Positions 13,562 through 24,980 are shown, numbered from the stretch's first letter. The stretch: 64,000 nucleotides of DNA from Calditrichia bacterium (GCA_963796965.1 CAWCNS010000007.1:194167-258166); one strand, 5' to 3'. Numbers and translations are program-made. Notes: generated by a model from the sequence alone, not told the origin.

Positions 13562-15302
13562 CTATTTATCCGTTTGGACCTTAAGTTCCTTTCGATATAA
13601 GTCCAGCATGCCCGCTTTGGAAATCAAGCCTTTAAATTTTCCTGCTTCGACAACAGGTAAACTCCAGGTGCTGGTGTCATCAAACTTTTTCTGAATTTCA
13701 GAAAGACTGTCTGAAAGGGATACGGTAATGAGGTCTGTATGCATCAATTCTTCCACAAGGATCGTACTTTGTAATGCCTGATCAAAAATTAATTCCTTGA
13801 TATCGTTAAAATATATCATTCCCAAAAAGTTCTCATTATCCCGGTCAATTACAGGAAAATAGTTGCGCGGAGATTTTTTTATCACGGGTACAAGTTCTTT
13901 TAATGTATAATCCGGATAAATTGGAATTTGATCTTGTTCAAGAAGTTCAATTGGTTTAATATCAGCAAGTATGCGTCCATCGGTCCTGGGTCGGTGTAAA
14001 AGGCCCTTTTTGATCAGTTCATAATGATAAATAGAATGATGTTCAAAGAAGTGGACAATTGCCGGTGATAAAAACGATACAAGTAAGAGGGGCAAAATAG
14101 CATCATATCCATCTGTAATTTCAATAACTAGAAATATACCTGTTAATGGTGCATTTAATATACCACTGATCAGGCCTGACATCCCCATCAGAGCATACAG
14201 ACTGGAGCCACTCAACATTATCTGTGGGCTAATAGATTTGACAATAGAATAGAATAAAAAACCAGTTGCGCTGCCAATGACTAATGCGGGTGCAAATACA
14301 CCCCCAGCACCCCCAGCTCCGAGAGTAAAGGAAGTGGCAATTATCTTGAAAATAACCACCAGAAATATCAACATCATCCCCTCATCAAATCGCTCTGAGA
14401 TAATGTTTTCAACAAATTCGTAACCTTCACCCCTAACTTCTGGAAGAAAATATACAATAAAAGCAACCGGAATAGCACCAAAAGCAGCCCTGGTTAAGGG
14501 ATTTTTGAATACCGTAGAAAGCCTATTAGATGTACCACGTAAAAATTTTATAAAGATAACAGAAAAAAACGCACACATTATAGCAAGTCCCACAGCGGCA
14601 TTAATATCGGTTATCGAGACATTAATTTCATGATGAGAAAAGGGAATCTGATTCCCACTTAATAGCCTGCTTACTTCTGTTCCGGTAACCGAAGCAACAA
14701 CGACAGGTAATAAATAAACAGGAGTCCATTCTCCAATAATCACTTCCATTGTAAAAATTATTCCTGTTAAAGGGGCATTAAATATTGCCGCAATGGCCGC
14801 AGCAGCTCCCGATCCAGTAACAGCAATTCGAATGCGTTCATCGGTTTTAAAAAATCGTGCAAAATTAGAACCAATTGCTGATCCGCTAACAACTATAGGG
14901 GCTTCGGGACCGGCAGAACCTCCGCTTGATATGGTTATAAGGCTGCCAATTAATTTTGATATGGCTGATCGAAGCCTTATTTTGCCACCTTTGAGGCTGA
15001 CACTATGAATGACTTCAGGCAATCCATGCCCACCAAAATCCTTAATAATGTATTTTAAGAAAAATACTGTAAGAACTATTCCGAGAACAGGCAGAATAAG
15101 CAGGAAATATTCGGATTTGTGTCCGTTTAAAAAACCAGACTATATATTTAAGACTAAAAGTCAAGGCAACAGCAGCTAATCCACTTGTCACACCGACAAT
15201 AAATCCCATAACACCCAGTTTAAAGCGTGAATTCAGGTTAATTAGAAATTCCTGAATTGAAACCTTAATCCGAGAATATTTATTTATAAAAATTTTTCTC
15301 AA
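13562..15302 (-). CDS. ClC-family chloride channel/antiporter with C-terminal CBS pair (one frame change near 15022-15130 separates the N-terminal 86 aa)
   Basis: ClC selectivity motifs GGSAGPEAPIV and GGAGGVFAPALVIG, then two CBS-like segments. The 15042..15302 ORF supplies TM1. Confidence 0.8.
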
Positions 15303-15960
15303 GATAATTTATTCGGTTTAAGAGATTTTTATCTTTATTCCGGTTATGTAATATATCTAATAGTCTTTTGTCTTTTAAGGCCTGACTTATCCGGGATAAT
15401 ATCATTAAATGATCTTTTGTGCTATTAGTAAAAATCATAAATAATATGGATACCGGATTGCCATCAATAGCATTGAAATCAATCTGTTTATTTAAAAAAA
15501 TAACGGGTAGATAAATCTCATTTAAGCCAATCTGGAGTCTTTCCCTAGTATGCGGAATGGCAATACCATTACCAATGCCTGTAGAGGCCAGTTCTTCACG
15601 ATTTAGTAACTCATGCAATATAATTGTACGGTCGACTGTTTTACCAAATGAGAGTTGATTTATTACATTTTCAAATACTTCGATAATATCTTCACCATGC
15701 ACATTATAATAGATTCCACCCCTTTCTATAGCTGGGGCCAATATCTGATTATCATATTCTATATCTGCTTTTTTATCTGTCCTCACATTGAAATCATGTT
15801 CCTTGGCCCATTCAAGTATCTCTTTGCGATTAAAACATTTTTTATGTTTGATAAGTTTAGAAGGTATTTTACCCTGATGATCCCACCTCTGAACGGTCAC
15901 AAGAGGTAAATCAAGCAGTTCTGCAACCTCTTCCGAGGATAAATTCTCTTTATTTTTCAT
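15280..15960 (-). CDS. Regulator with N-terminal excisionase/MerR-like HTH fused to a PTS EIIA type-2 (EIIA-Ntr/fructose-type) domain
   Basis: N-terminus is an HTH: EEVAELLDLPLVTVQRWDHQGKIP. C-terminus has the EIIA-2 active-site region GIGNGIAIPHTR and a second motif IDGNPVSILFMIFTNS..HL. It overlaps the ClC start, indicating an operon. Confidence 0.75.
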   Translation of the reverse strand: MKNKENLSSEEVAELLDLPLVTVQRWDHQGKIPSKLIKHKKCFNRKEILEWAKEHDFNVRTDKKADIEYDNQILAPAIERGGIYYNVHGEDIIEVFENVINQLSFGKTVDRTIILHELLNREELASTGIGNGIAIPHTRERLQIGLNEIYLPVIFLNKQIDFNAIDGNPVSILFMIFTNSTKDHLMILSRISQALKDKRLLDILHNRNKDKNLLNRINYLEKNFYK

Positions 15961-16413
15961 GTAATGGTCTCAAATATATTTTATAATAAATATGAGCATA
16001 GGGGCAAAGATAATCTTTGTAACTATTGAATTTATCGAATATTTCTATCAATTCAAAAGGCATTCATATTGTGACTGACTATTGGATGTACATTTAATCG
16101 TTTTGGTTCTTAACTAATAAAAAAATGCACCATGGGATCAAAGGTATAACAATTGTACAGGATAAACGATTAATTCTACATATACCTGTAATTTGATGAA
16201 ATATTTGTCATAAACAGTTGACTTACTTAAGGTTATGACCTTATATTACTAGGTGTTGAGATATAAGTAAGGAAAATTGGTAAGCTTCCGTGGAAACGAT
16301 AAAAGCTTGTTCCGCAAATTTATGGATTCGGTGTGCCATTTCACCATAATTTATCTCTCGTCGGTTAGCATTTCATTTTTACTATCAGAATATAAAAATA
16401 TTAGGGTAAAACC

Positions 16414-17663
16414 ATGGAACTCATAGGAACGCCTAAACTGGAATTGAACACAGAAGCCAAACGCTTTATTAATCTATATAGCTCTCTCGGAGAGCGTGCT
16501 GAAAATTTCCTCCCGGATCATATATTTGAAAGTCTTAAAAACTTTGCCCGTATATGTTGTGAAGAACCCGATGATCCAAACCGGTTGATCGCTTGAGATC
16601 TCACAAACGTCTGCTTGGAACTTAAAGAGGCAATTCCCGGATATATTGATGTCTCATTAATGATTTTTCCTCATGAGAGTTCAAAAAATTATGAATATTC
16701 CAACCGTCGCCGCTTATTTACAAATCGTCTTAAACATTTAATGGATATCGAACTCATCGATGAACAGCAAAAAGTCCAGGTGAAAAATATATTAAATATG
16801 CATGATTATTCCCTCGGGTACACCACCGGTTACCAGACAAATGATAGAATTTCTATATCGGGTAATGGTTGGTGATGAAGTCCGGGAATTGCGTAAATTC
16901 CGCGATATTTTAGGTATTACCGGATATGCTGGAAGTCGCCCAGTGGAATTACTTGCTCGATGTTATCGATCAAATGGTCGTCCAGAGTACACATTATACA
17001 ACCCAGACAGAACAGAAACGCCTTTTTAGTACGTACTGAATCTACTGTTAATTTTAAAGGACTAAATGGTTTTATCCGTACGGTTGTATCGGGAAGTACC
17101 GAAACAGTCAGTAAACTTTTCGTGAGGAGATTTTTGGTCCTGACGTGGTTAAAACCATAGAATTCCTCTCCCCGGAGCAGGTCTATAAAGAAGTAAGTCA
17201 GGATACGACCAGTATCTTTCTTATAAAGGCTCGACATCTTCGCTCAAATCCTTTAAAAGATATGAAATGGTTCCCTCATTTGAGCAGGATGATATTTGTT
17301 GATGATTCTATGGAAGCCCGTGCAACCAATACCACATTGGTTTTCGCATTTCATAATGAAATAATAAATACATTGAATAAAGTCCATACAAAGAAATTAG
17401 GGGCTGCTGCCAATACACAGTTAAATCTGCGTCTGATTCTGGAAAAAGTGAATGTTAAAAATATTAGTCGATTCCGGGAGGCTGCTGAGGCAAAAATCAA
17501 AGATTATGAAGAAGAACTTAAGCAGTTAAAGAATGAGCAACTTGCTGATCCGAAAAAACCTGAACAGGATATTATTTTATTCAAGTTTGATGAATTTGCC
17601 AGGCAGATATTAAAAGATAAATATATCATTTCCAAATTCGCCGGATTTCCTGACATTTATTGA
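16414..17663 (+). pseudogene. Uncharacterised gene(s) on one strand, broken into 5 overlapping ORF fragments
   Basis: ORFs 16414-16596, 16615-16875, 16802-17029, 16960-17160 and 17145-17663 form an overlapping same-strand chain typical of a long gene with indels. No recognisable motif. Confidence 0.3.
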
Positions 17664-17670
17664 ATATATA

Positions 17671-19931
17671 ATGGATGCTTCCAAACATAAATCTATAAAC
17701 CGGGTATTGATGGATGAATTTGAATCGCGGATGAGAGATTATTTTTATGCCGGAAGCAGTGATGTTTATATTAAAACCATCGTTGAGGGTGGCGGCCGGA
17801 ATCAGATTAAAACCTATGGTGAGTATCTGCTGCAGAAAAATCATAAAGATCTCAGTGCAGCAGGTAATTGAACGCTGCCGGGTTATTCTCGAAGTTTTAC
17901 CGGATAATTATGAACGGACCCTGCATACCCATTTTCATCGCAATTTCGGTCTGAATCTGTTTCTTGAGAGATATAAAGAATATCTGACAAAAGTAGAAAA
18001 TGAAGCAAACAATAAGGGCCGTTTCCGTAACCTGTTGATTGATTTGGGAATTGAAGCCAAATACAACCGGCTCAATAAGGAACAACAAAAAATTATAAAG
18101 GAATTTATTTCCAATCTGGGCAATCTGGAGAAGACTTCGATTTCAGATGATGTCCAGATGATTATCCGCGATATTGTCTTGAATGTTTTTACTGCCAAAC
18201 CTTTTATTTTTCTTAACCAGCAGGCAGCCTGGGAATATAAAGATCTTTTCCCGATTGAGAAATTCGACGTCAATCCCTTTGATATCGAAATCGAGTTAGA
18301 TGAACTTGGGCAGGATCGATTATGACCGCTTTTTAACAAAAATGGAACGTATTAAAAGTTCCTTCCAACTTTTTGATGAGTCCGGCAGTCTCTGGGATTT
18401 GTTCTGTTCAAATTCTACAATACTGGTCAATGATCCATCAAATCCGACCGGTTTTACAGATTTTAATAATCAGGCCCTTTTTGCGTTTCCTGAAATTTAT
18501 GTCAACAACACAATTGACCCTATTTCTTGATGAAGCCTACAATGATGCTGTTAAAATTGAAGATCCGGAGGAACCGAAGTGGCGTACCATTTCAAGATAT
18601 ATCATAAATAATATTTCGGCTTTTTCCCGTATATCCATGGTTGCTTCGCTTTCAACAACAAAGAATCTGGGCGCGACCGGAGACCGTTTAGGTGCCCTGG
18701 CGGTAACCGAAGCAAGAAAGGATGCTCTTGAGTTCGCATCAGAACATTCTGACATTGATTGCACTAATTCCAATTCATTATTTCTTCTGGTAAATGTTCT
18801 TGAAGTTGCCCAGCAGGCTCGTAAAATAAAACAGGAAATCGATGAGAATTTACCAAAAGACGCTTCACGGCAAATTATTAAAAACAAACTTGAAAAATTT
18901 ATTCAATTGCAATTGCAGGCGAATCAACCGCAAATGATCAATACTAGAGAAAGGTGCTCCCCGGCGGGAATCACTTTTCGAAGGTAGCCCCCTGCATCTT
19001 TTTCTTCTGGATGAATTAGTTTCCTTAGACAGACTCGAAGTACTTGAACTACCGGATGATTTTAAGTATAAGGGAGAGGCATTTTTTAGTTATTATAAAT
19101 CCCACATTGTAAATGAATTAAACAGTTTTAGGATTAACCGCATATTTCCGGGCTGAATCGAATAAACGTCTAAAATTGGCCAAGGAAGTTGCCCTGGAGG
19201 CCATTGCCCAGGAAAAATGTGAAAATATCCGTGTGCTTGAATCGGATGGATCCTACCTGTTCAATCTTTCTTTGCAGAACTTTTATTCTTATCTGGATCT
19301 GGAAAAGTTCACTCAAGCCCTGGCAGAAGAACGCGGATTAGCAGCAATCCCCTTTCCAACCGGATTAGTTCGTTTCTCATTGGGTGGCTATGTTGAGGGA
19401 ACAGAGCGGAGTTACCAAATCTTTCGAGCTGAAGTAAAAAATGCGGTTGAATTGTTCCTGCGATATTGGAAAAAATTTAGCACATTAAAAGAATCAGGTG
19501 ATAAAAATTCTGAAACAGATTCTGTTTTAGGACAGATTTTCGCTGGGGAAACAGATACAGCATTTGTCAACAATGTCCTAAATGACTATTCACAAATCCG
19601 GGATCTGAAGAAAAATATACTAAACAGTCTGAGAATCAGTGAAATTAAAACTATTTATCATCCTTTTCCCGATGTCAGTGGCGTGACCATAAATTCAATC
19701 GGTGATTCAAAAAATGCTGTGATTGAATTCTATGAGAATATTGGCCAATGCCCTGATCTGCCTTCTTTTATTAACAGCAAGGCATTTTCAAAGGTATATG
19801 AGAATATATTGCCTCAGATTCATTATAAAATTCCGGCTTTGCGCAATTTGGATATCAATACCGTTCTGACAAAGTATGGAAAACCTACCCTTTTAAAGTA
19901 TGTCACCGGTAAGTTGGAATTTCCAGCCTGA
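17671..19931 (+). pseudogene. Class I/II PLP-dependent aminotransferase-like gene, interrupted, possibly with extra inserted/fused regions
   Basis: ILVNDPSNPTG (18300-18530 frame), LFLDEAYND and SLSTTKNLGATGDRLGA (PLP-lysine S-x-S-x-K...G-x-R-x-G; 18373-18987 frame). A C-terminal-domain-like segment RGLAAIPFPTGLVRFSLGGY sits in 19176-19931. Confidence 0.45.
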
Positions 19932-20232
19932 TTCTCACTTGCTGGATGATCCGGATGAGCTTTTAATTATGTTGGAAATATTAATTGAACTTGAACGTAT
20001 ATTATTTTCAGATTCTAAATTCAAGGTTGTCGCTTTGCGTGCCAATGAAAAGGACCCGGCGGGTGATTTGGCCAAACTTGAAGGCTATAATGAAATTCTG
20101 AAGAAGTTCATCGGCGAACTTTTACTTCATTTCAATTTACCTTTCGAAAAGGAATTATCTGAACCTTCTCAGGAGCAACTTCTTCGAATCAGCTGGCGAT
20201 GTATTCGAGAAAATCACTGGAAAGTCAATTAA
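19900..20232 (+). CDS. Hypothetical ORF fragment overlapping the preceding ORF's end (possible frame-shifted tail or small separate gene)
   Basis: Overlaps 19176-19931 in another frame; no motif recognised. Confidence 0.2.
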   Translation: MSPVSWNFQPDSHLLDDPDELLIMLEILIELERILFSDSKFKVVALRANEKDPAGDLAKLEGYNEILKKFIGELLLHFNLPFEKELSEPSQEQLLRISWRCIRENHWKVN

Positions 20233-20421
20233 CGAGTTGAGTATTGCCCTTGGCTGGTGATGAATTGCTGCAAAAAGTTATGGAGGATAAGGATCTGAAA
20301 TTGAACATCCCTATTCCCGACTTATATTGGATATTTTTCAGGGGATATTCAAAACAGAATTTTAAATCCAGAGACTGATATTCCGTAGAACAATTATTAA
20401 AAATCTATCAGCTTTTATCAG

Positions 20422-23070
20422 ATGAAAATTTTACATCTGATATTATCCGATTCATTAGCAAAGATCAGTGCGGAATTACAAAATCATGATGAACCGGATA
20501 CAAAATTATTTGCAGAACATTTATTGGCAACTAACCTTAAATATATTTATGATCGTATCGAACAAAAACGTCACTTTAAAATATCTGGCAAAGATCTGCC
20601 TATAGCCATCAGGGATGTTGTTCTGTTCTTAACGGGTTTGATGAACCGTTCAAAACAAACTGATTATTATAGCAGATACAACCATATTCTCATAAAAATG
20701 ATTTATTTACAGTACCAGCAGCAAAATTCAAGTTATAATGAGATGATTCAGCATGGTATTACATTACATGAAGGTATTGCGGATTTTAAAAACCAGGAAT
20801 TGGTCGAATATGAAAATGGATCCCTCAAATGGATAAATGAGGTCATGGGCAAATGTGGAATAATAGCAGCAGAGCAACCTGTACAACGTCATACCCGGAT
20901 GAATACAGATGCAAAAAAACGGGAATATCCGTTTCATAAAGTTGATCGGATTGAAATAGAGGAACAAAAGACGGATGTGGATTCACCACGGGATTTTATC
21001 AAGAATATGCAAACCCGACCCTCAGGCCGATTCTTTAGTAATCGGGTGGCAAAATTCGTGGAAAATATGGATGCTGATGATTACCGTTGTCGAATTGTTA
21101 ATGATGGCTTAATGAATGAATTGTATATTATTCAGAAGTCTTATATGAAATACCTGGCAGATAATTTGCGCTTGTTAAATCCTGGTGCTGTAAGTCTGAA
21201 AGAAATTAAAGAATTTGTACCGGATATTATTCTTTTTTATGGTGCCCCGGAAAAAGTTATTTCATACCCACATGTAGGTTATTTTGACCTCAATGGTCCG
21301 CAGGGTAATATAAAAACAATGATTACGCCGCTAGAAACCAAAGCCGATTATTTTGGCAATATCAAAAAACCCCGATTGACCCTTCTAAATGAGAAAGTAA
21401 AGGAAATGGGCGGTGTACCTATTCACGGCTCATTTGTTGTTATCGAAAGCGAGGATGGCAGTCTGTTTGGTGTGATGATTGCTGGAGATAGCGGTGTCGG
21501 CAAATCAGAAATGCTGGCAGCAATGATGCTTAAGTGGATCCAAAAAGATCTCAGTGGTATTCGTTCAATAAAAATGGTGGCCGGCGACATGCTGCACGTT
21601 TTTCCGGATAAAGAAGGTAATCTTTATGGTATAGGTACAGAAGTCGGCGATTTCTCCAGGGTAACTGACTTCGATCCGGAATTTATACGTATGTATAATT
21701 TGCTGTTTGAAAGCAGTGCGGATAGTAATGTGGAAGATTTGAATTCCCGTAGTACGTTTACAGGATTCTGTGATATAAATATGCCTTTCAAGATCGATAT
21801 TATTCTTACTGCGCAAAATTACGGCCGGACAGAGGCAGGTATAATAAAATATTCAAATGTGGAGAATTTTATGCTTTACCGTGATTCCCATGGTGAACGT
21901 AAAGAGAAGGCAACAAGCTCTGATAATCCGCATTTTCAACGTACATTACTCAGATACACAGGTGATAAAAATATCGTTGAAGTTTTAGATTTTCATGGTA
22001 ATTATCTTGATGATGTTCTGGATTGGGAAAGAGACACTTTTACGGGTAAACATTACCTTTCCTCTTCCTATAAAAGGATTGACCGGATTGATGTTGAGGA
22101 AATTGTAAGTAAGATATTTACTGGTAAAATTTTTGAAGACCAGGACATTGAATACACGATTAGAGATGTTAAGTTTGATATCATAAAAAACCGCTTTAAT
22201 GCCAGGGCGGTTTCGAATCAGGAAGACAGTGCGGAAGAGATATTTACCATTGACCGGACTCTCTTTAGTCAGATTTTTAATTCCCTGGCCAGTACACCTG
22301 CAGGTAATCCCTTCATCAATGAACATGAAGAACGTGAGGTGCGCCGTCGTCTGATCCATGTGTTAAAGGGTGGTGACAACGGTGAAGGGAAGGGGCGAAA
22401 AATTCAATGTGCGATTTTGTCGACAGATCTGGGTAAAAAAGGTAAGGAGATTGCCGGACCGCAGAAAGCAGCACAGGAAGTTAAAAAACTTGTTCAGGAA
22501 GTCCGGACCAGCCGGCCGGATATTACCGCTGCCAGAAATCTGGTAAAAAAATCCATTGAGAAACATTATGGGGCTCTGTTCAGAGATCATAAGAAAAGTC
22601 TGGAAATTGAACGGTATAATTTTAATTTATATCAATTGGAATTAATGCGTAAGGCAAAATTCGTACGCATCGATGACATGGCCACACCAATTGACATTTC
22701 TCGTCTTAAAGGTTTTCAACCATTGCCGGCCAATCGCACGTTTAATCCGCTTCTGGTTACACCAAACATTAATATTGAACTTAATAATTTTAGTGAAACC
22801 TATGAACAATTGATGTGGATTCCAAACAATGAAGAATTCGCGGAGAAATTTTATAATGATTGTGAAAATCTGTTTATAGCTTCTGGTTATAGTGATTCAA
22901 CAATCGTAAACAACATCATTGTCCAACTTCTGTTATTGAATGGTTATATTGCGGTAGAGGATTTATCGCGTGGAAAATTAACCGAAAAAGCTAACCGTGA
23001 AACCATCGCTGCCGCCAAATTTGCAGCTGTTAAAAAATACAGGGAGGCGGTTGATATAAAGCCTGATTAA
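20422..23070 (+). CDS. Large (882 aa) uncharacterised protein with an embedded HPr kinase/phosphorylase-like P-loop core
   Basis: Intact ORF. Residues ~440-520 read PIHGSFVVIESEDGSLFGVMIAGDSGVGKSEMLAAMM...IKMVAGDMLHVF...GIGTEVG. This matches the HprK/P C-terminal signature (HG..v...G.GvLi.GdSGiGKSE...lvaDD.v....EiRG.G). The GKSE Walker-A variant is characteristic of HprK rather than PEPCK or RapZ. Confidence 0.6.
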   Translation: MKILHLILSDSLAKISAELQNHDEPDTKLFAEHLLATNLKYIYDRIEQKRHFKISGKDLPIAIRDVVLFLTGLMNRSKQTDYYSRYNHILIKMIYLQYQQQNSSYNEMIQHGITLHEGIADFKNQELVEYENGSLKWINEVMGKCGIIAAEQPVQRHTRMNTDAKKREYPFHKVDRIEIEEQKTDVDSPRDFIKNMQTRPSGRFFSNRVAKFVENMDADDYRCRIVNDGLMNELYIIQKSYMKYLADNLRLLNPGAVSLKEIKEFVPDIILFYGAPEKVISYPHVGYFDLNGPQGNIKTMITPLETKADYFGNIKKPRLTLLNEKVKEMGGVPIHGSFVVIESEDGSLFGVMIAGDSGVGKSEMLAAMMLKWIQKDLSGIRSIKMVAGDMLHVFPDKEGNLYGIGTEVGDFSRVTDFDPEFIRMYNLLFESSADSNVEDLNSRSTFTGFCDINMPFKIDIILTAQNYGRTEAGIIKYSNVENFMLYRDSHGERKEKATSSDNPHFQRTLLRYTGDKNIVEVLDFHGNYLDDVLDWERDTFTGKHYLSSSYKRIDRIDVEEIVSKIFTGKIFEDQDIEYTIRDVKFDIIKNRFNARAVSNQEDSAEEIFTIDRTLFSQIFNSLASTPAGNPFINEHEEREVRRRLIHVLKGGDNGEGKGRKIQCAILSTDLGKKGKEIAGPQKAAQEVKKLVQEVRTSRPDITAARNLVKKSIEKHYGALFRDHKKSLEIERYNFNLYQLELMRKAKFVRIDDMATPIDISRLKGFQPLPANRTFNPLLVTPNINIELNNFSETYEQLMWIPNNEEFAEKFYNDCENLFIASGYSDSTIVNNIIVQLLLLNGYIAVEDLSRGKLTEKANRETIAAAKFAAVKKYREAVDIKPD

Positions 23071-23276
23071 TTAGTATTGAGGAAAGATCGTGTCAAAAAA
23101 AAGAAATATTGTTAAAATTGTTGAAAATGCTATTGATACGGTTTATTTCTTTCTTTAAATTATATGATTCTACTCGAGATGGCGTAGTTAGATCCTGAGA
23201 CGAGCTCAGGATGACAGTATGGTCGTTCCGAGCTTGTTTCGGAATCTGTTCTAAACCCGATTAAAATGTAAATGCC

Positions 23277-23360
23277 GGGGAGGTTGCGGAGCGGTCAAAC
23301 GCAACAGACTGTAAATCTGTCGACTGAATGTCTTCGGAGGTTCGAATCCTCCCCTCCCCA
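23277..23360 (+). tRNA. tRNA-Tyr (anticodon GTA), type II with long variable arm
   Basis: Acceptor GGGGAGG/CCTCCCC, anticodon stem ACAGA/TCTGT with loop CTGTAAA, variable arm CGACTGAATGTCTTCG, T arm GGAGG-TTCGAAT-CCTCC, discriminator A. CCA is not encoded. Confidence 0.9.
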
Positions 23361-23365
23361 CAACC

Positions 23366-23400
23366 AATCCCTGCTTCTTAAGTGAAGTGGGGATTTTTTT
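23366..23400 (+). terminator. Rho-independent terminator after tRNA-Tyr
   Basis: aatccc-(loop)-gggatt hairpin followed by T7. Confidence 0.6.
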
Positions 23401-23636
23401 GTTTATAAGCAAATAGCGCAAGTCGAAGAAAATTGCATCTATAATTAATTTTGGAAAATAGTATTGTTTTAAATTAAAAATATTACCATATTTTAATATA
23501 GGGATCATGTATAAACAGTCCAACCAGATCCCTTTTTACTCCTGCGGTGTGTAGTGCAATATATGCGGAATAATCTTTACTTTTTAAGGATTTTAACCGC
23601 CACCCAAAGTATTTTATTAAGGATAAGAGAACGACG

Positions 23637-24962
23637 ATGATACAGCAAACTAAAAGATTACCCAAAAAATATTTTATATTAATTGCGTTGATAATCCTAC
23701 TTATTCCTTTTGGATGCGCAGAAAAGGCTGGTCAGAACAGTAACGGAAATTTGCTCATTCCTGCCGTTGAGGCAGTTAAATCTCGTTATGGTGCGTTGCC
23801 ACTTACAGAGCGATTCTCTGGATTGGTCAAAGCAGAAAATCAGGTTGGAATCTACCCGGAAACAAATGCTGCCATTATAACTGTTTATGTTGAAAACGGA
23901 GATTATGTGAAACGCGGACAAGCATTAGTGCAATTACGCGATAAAGAATTTCAGGAACGGTTAAAACAGGCCCGGGCCAGTTACCAGATTGCTGAAGCAC
24001 AGTTGAAACAGGCCGAAGCACAGATGCTGGAAATAAAGGGAGATCTGCAACGTGTCCGCTCATTATCAGATCAGGGACTAGCCAGTACTGCTGAGCTGGA
24101 AAATATAAGGACTGAAGCCCTCTCTGCTGAAGCGAATGTAGCTCTGGCACAAGCAAGGGTTGTACAAGCACAGGCGGTCGTTGATGAAAGGCAGGAAATT
24201 CTCTCGCAGACAACGATTCGCGCTCCAATATCTGGCAGAGTTGGCAACCGCCGCGCAGAAGTGGGCATGTTGGTGAATAGTAATTCGCGTCTATTTACAT
24301 TAGGCCAGATGGATAATCTACGTGTCCAGATTATCCTGACAGATTATATGATGGATTATATCAAGATAGGCCAACGTACAGAAATTGATCCCTCTGGTCG
24401 GTTGTCAGATATTTTATCTGCGCCACTTAAACGTCTTTCACCCTTTCTTCATCCCATAACTCATACGACCGAAGCTGAGATTGATCTTGACAATAAAGAT
24501 GGAAAATTGATGCCGGGCATGTTTGTTACTGTAGATGTTTTTTATGGCGAAAGTGAACAGGCTACTTTAGTGCCGCTAAGTGCACTTTATGATAATCCGA
24601 GCAGTGGTGAAACAGGTGTTTATATACCTGAAGAACCATTGATACGTGAACCGACCAAATCAACCCCCGGGGCACATGGGGGCGCCCTGAGTGATCCTAT
24701 TTCTTTCAAATTTGTTCCTATAGAAATAATCGCTAAAGGACGAATGGAAGCTGGTATAAGGGGTGTTGAGGCTAATAATTGGGTTGTAATTCTTGGCCAG
24801 GATCTTCTTGCCGGTAAGGCAACTAAAGCAAGGGTGAGAACAGTCGATTGGGGCTGGGTTGAGCAATTACAAAACCTCCAGCGTGAGGATCTATTAGAAG
24901 AGATCATGAAAAAACAGCAATCTTCTAGCCGTGATAGTGTCTCCCTTAACATGTCAAATTAA
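23637..24962 (+). CDS. RND efflux membrane fusion protein (HlyD/AcrA family)
   Basis: Lipoprotein-like N-terminus (LIPFGCA), long coiled coil (AEAQLKQAEAQMLE...), beta-barrel/MP domains. Confidence 0.8.
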   Translation: MIQQTKRLPKKYFILIALIILLIPFGCAEKAGQNSNGNLLIPAVEAVKSRYGALPLTERFSGLVKAENQVGIYPETNAAIITVYVENGDYVKRGQALVQLRDKEFQERLKQARASYQIAEAQLKQAEAQMLEIKGDLQRVRSLSDQGLASTAELENIRTEALSAEANVALAQARVVQAQAVVDERQEILSQTTIRAPISGRVGNRRAEVGMLVNSNSRLFTLGQMDNLRVQIILTDYMMDYIKIGQRTEIDPSGRLSDILSAPLKRLSPFLHPITHTTEAEIDLDNKDGKLMPGMFVTVDVFYGESEQATLVPLSALYDNPSSGETGVYIPEEPLIREPTKSTPGAHGGALSDPISFKFVPIEIIAKGRMEAGIRGVEANNWVVILGQDLLAGKATKARVRTVDWGWVEQLQNLQREDLLEEIMKKQQSSSRDSVSLNMSN

Positions 24963-24980
24963 GGAGTGGAGTAGATCGAC

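Noticed and set aside
23251-23665. Minus-strand ORFs 23251-23523 and 23483-23665
   Set aside because: They overlap tRNA-Tyr and its terminator on the opposite strand. These are spurious ORFs in a tRNA/intergenic region.
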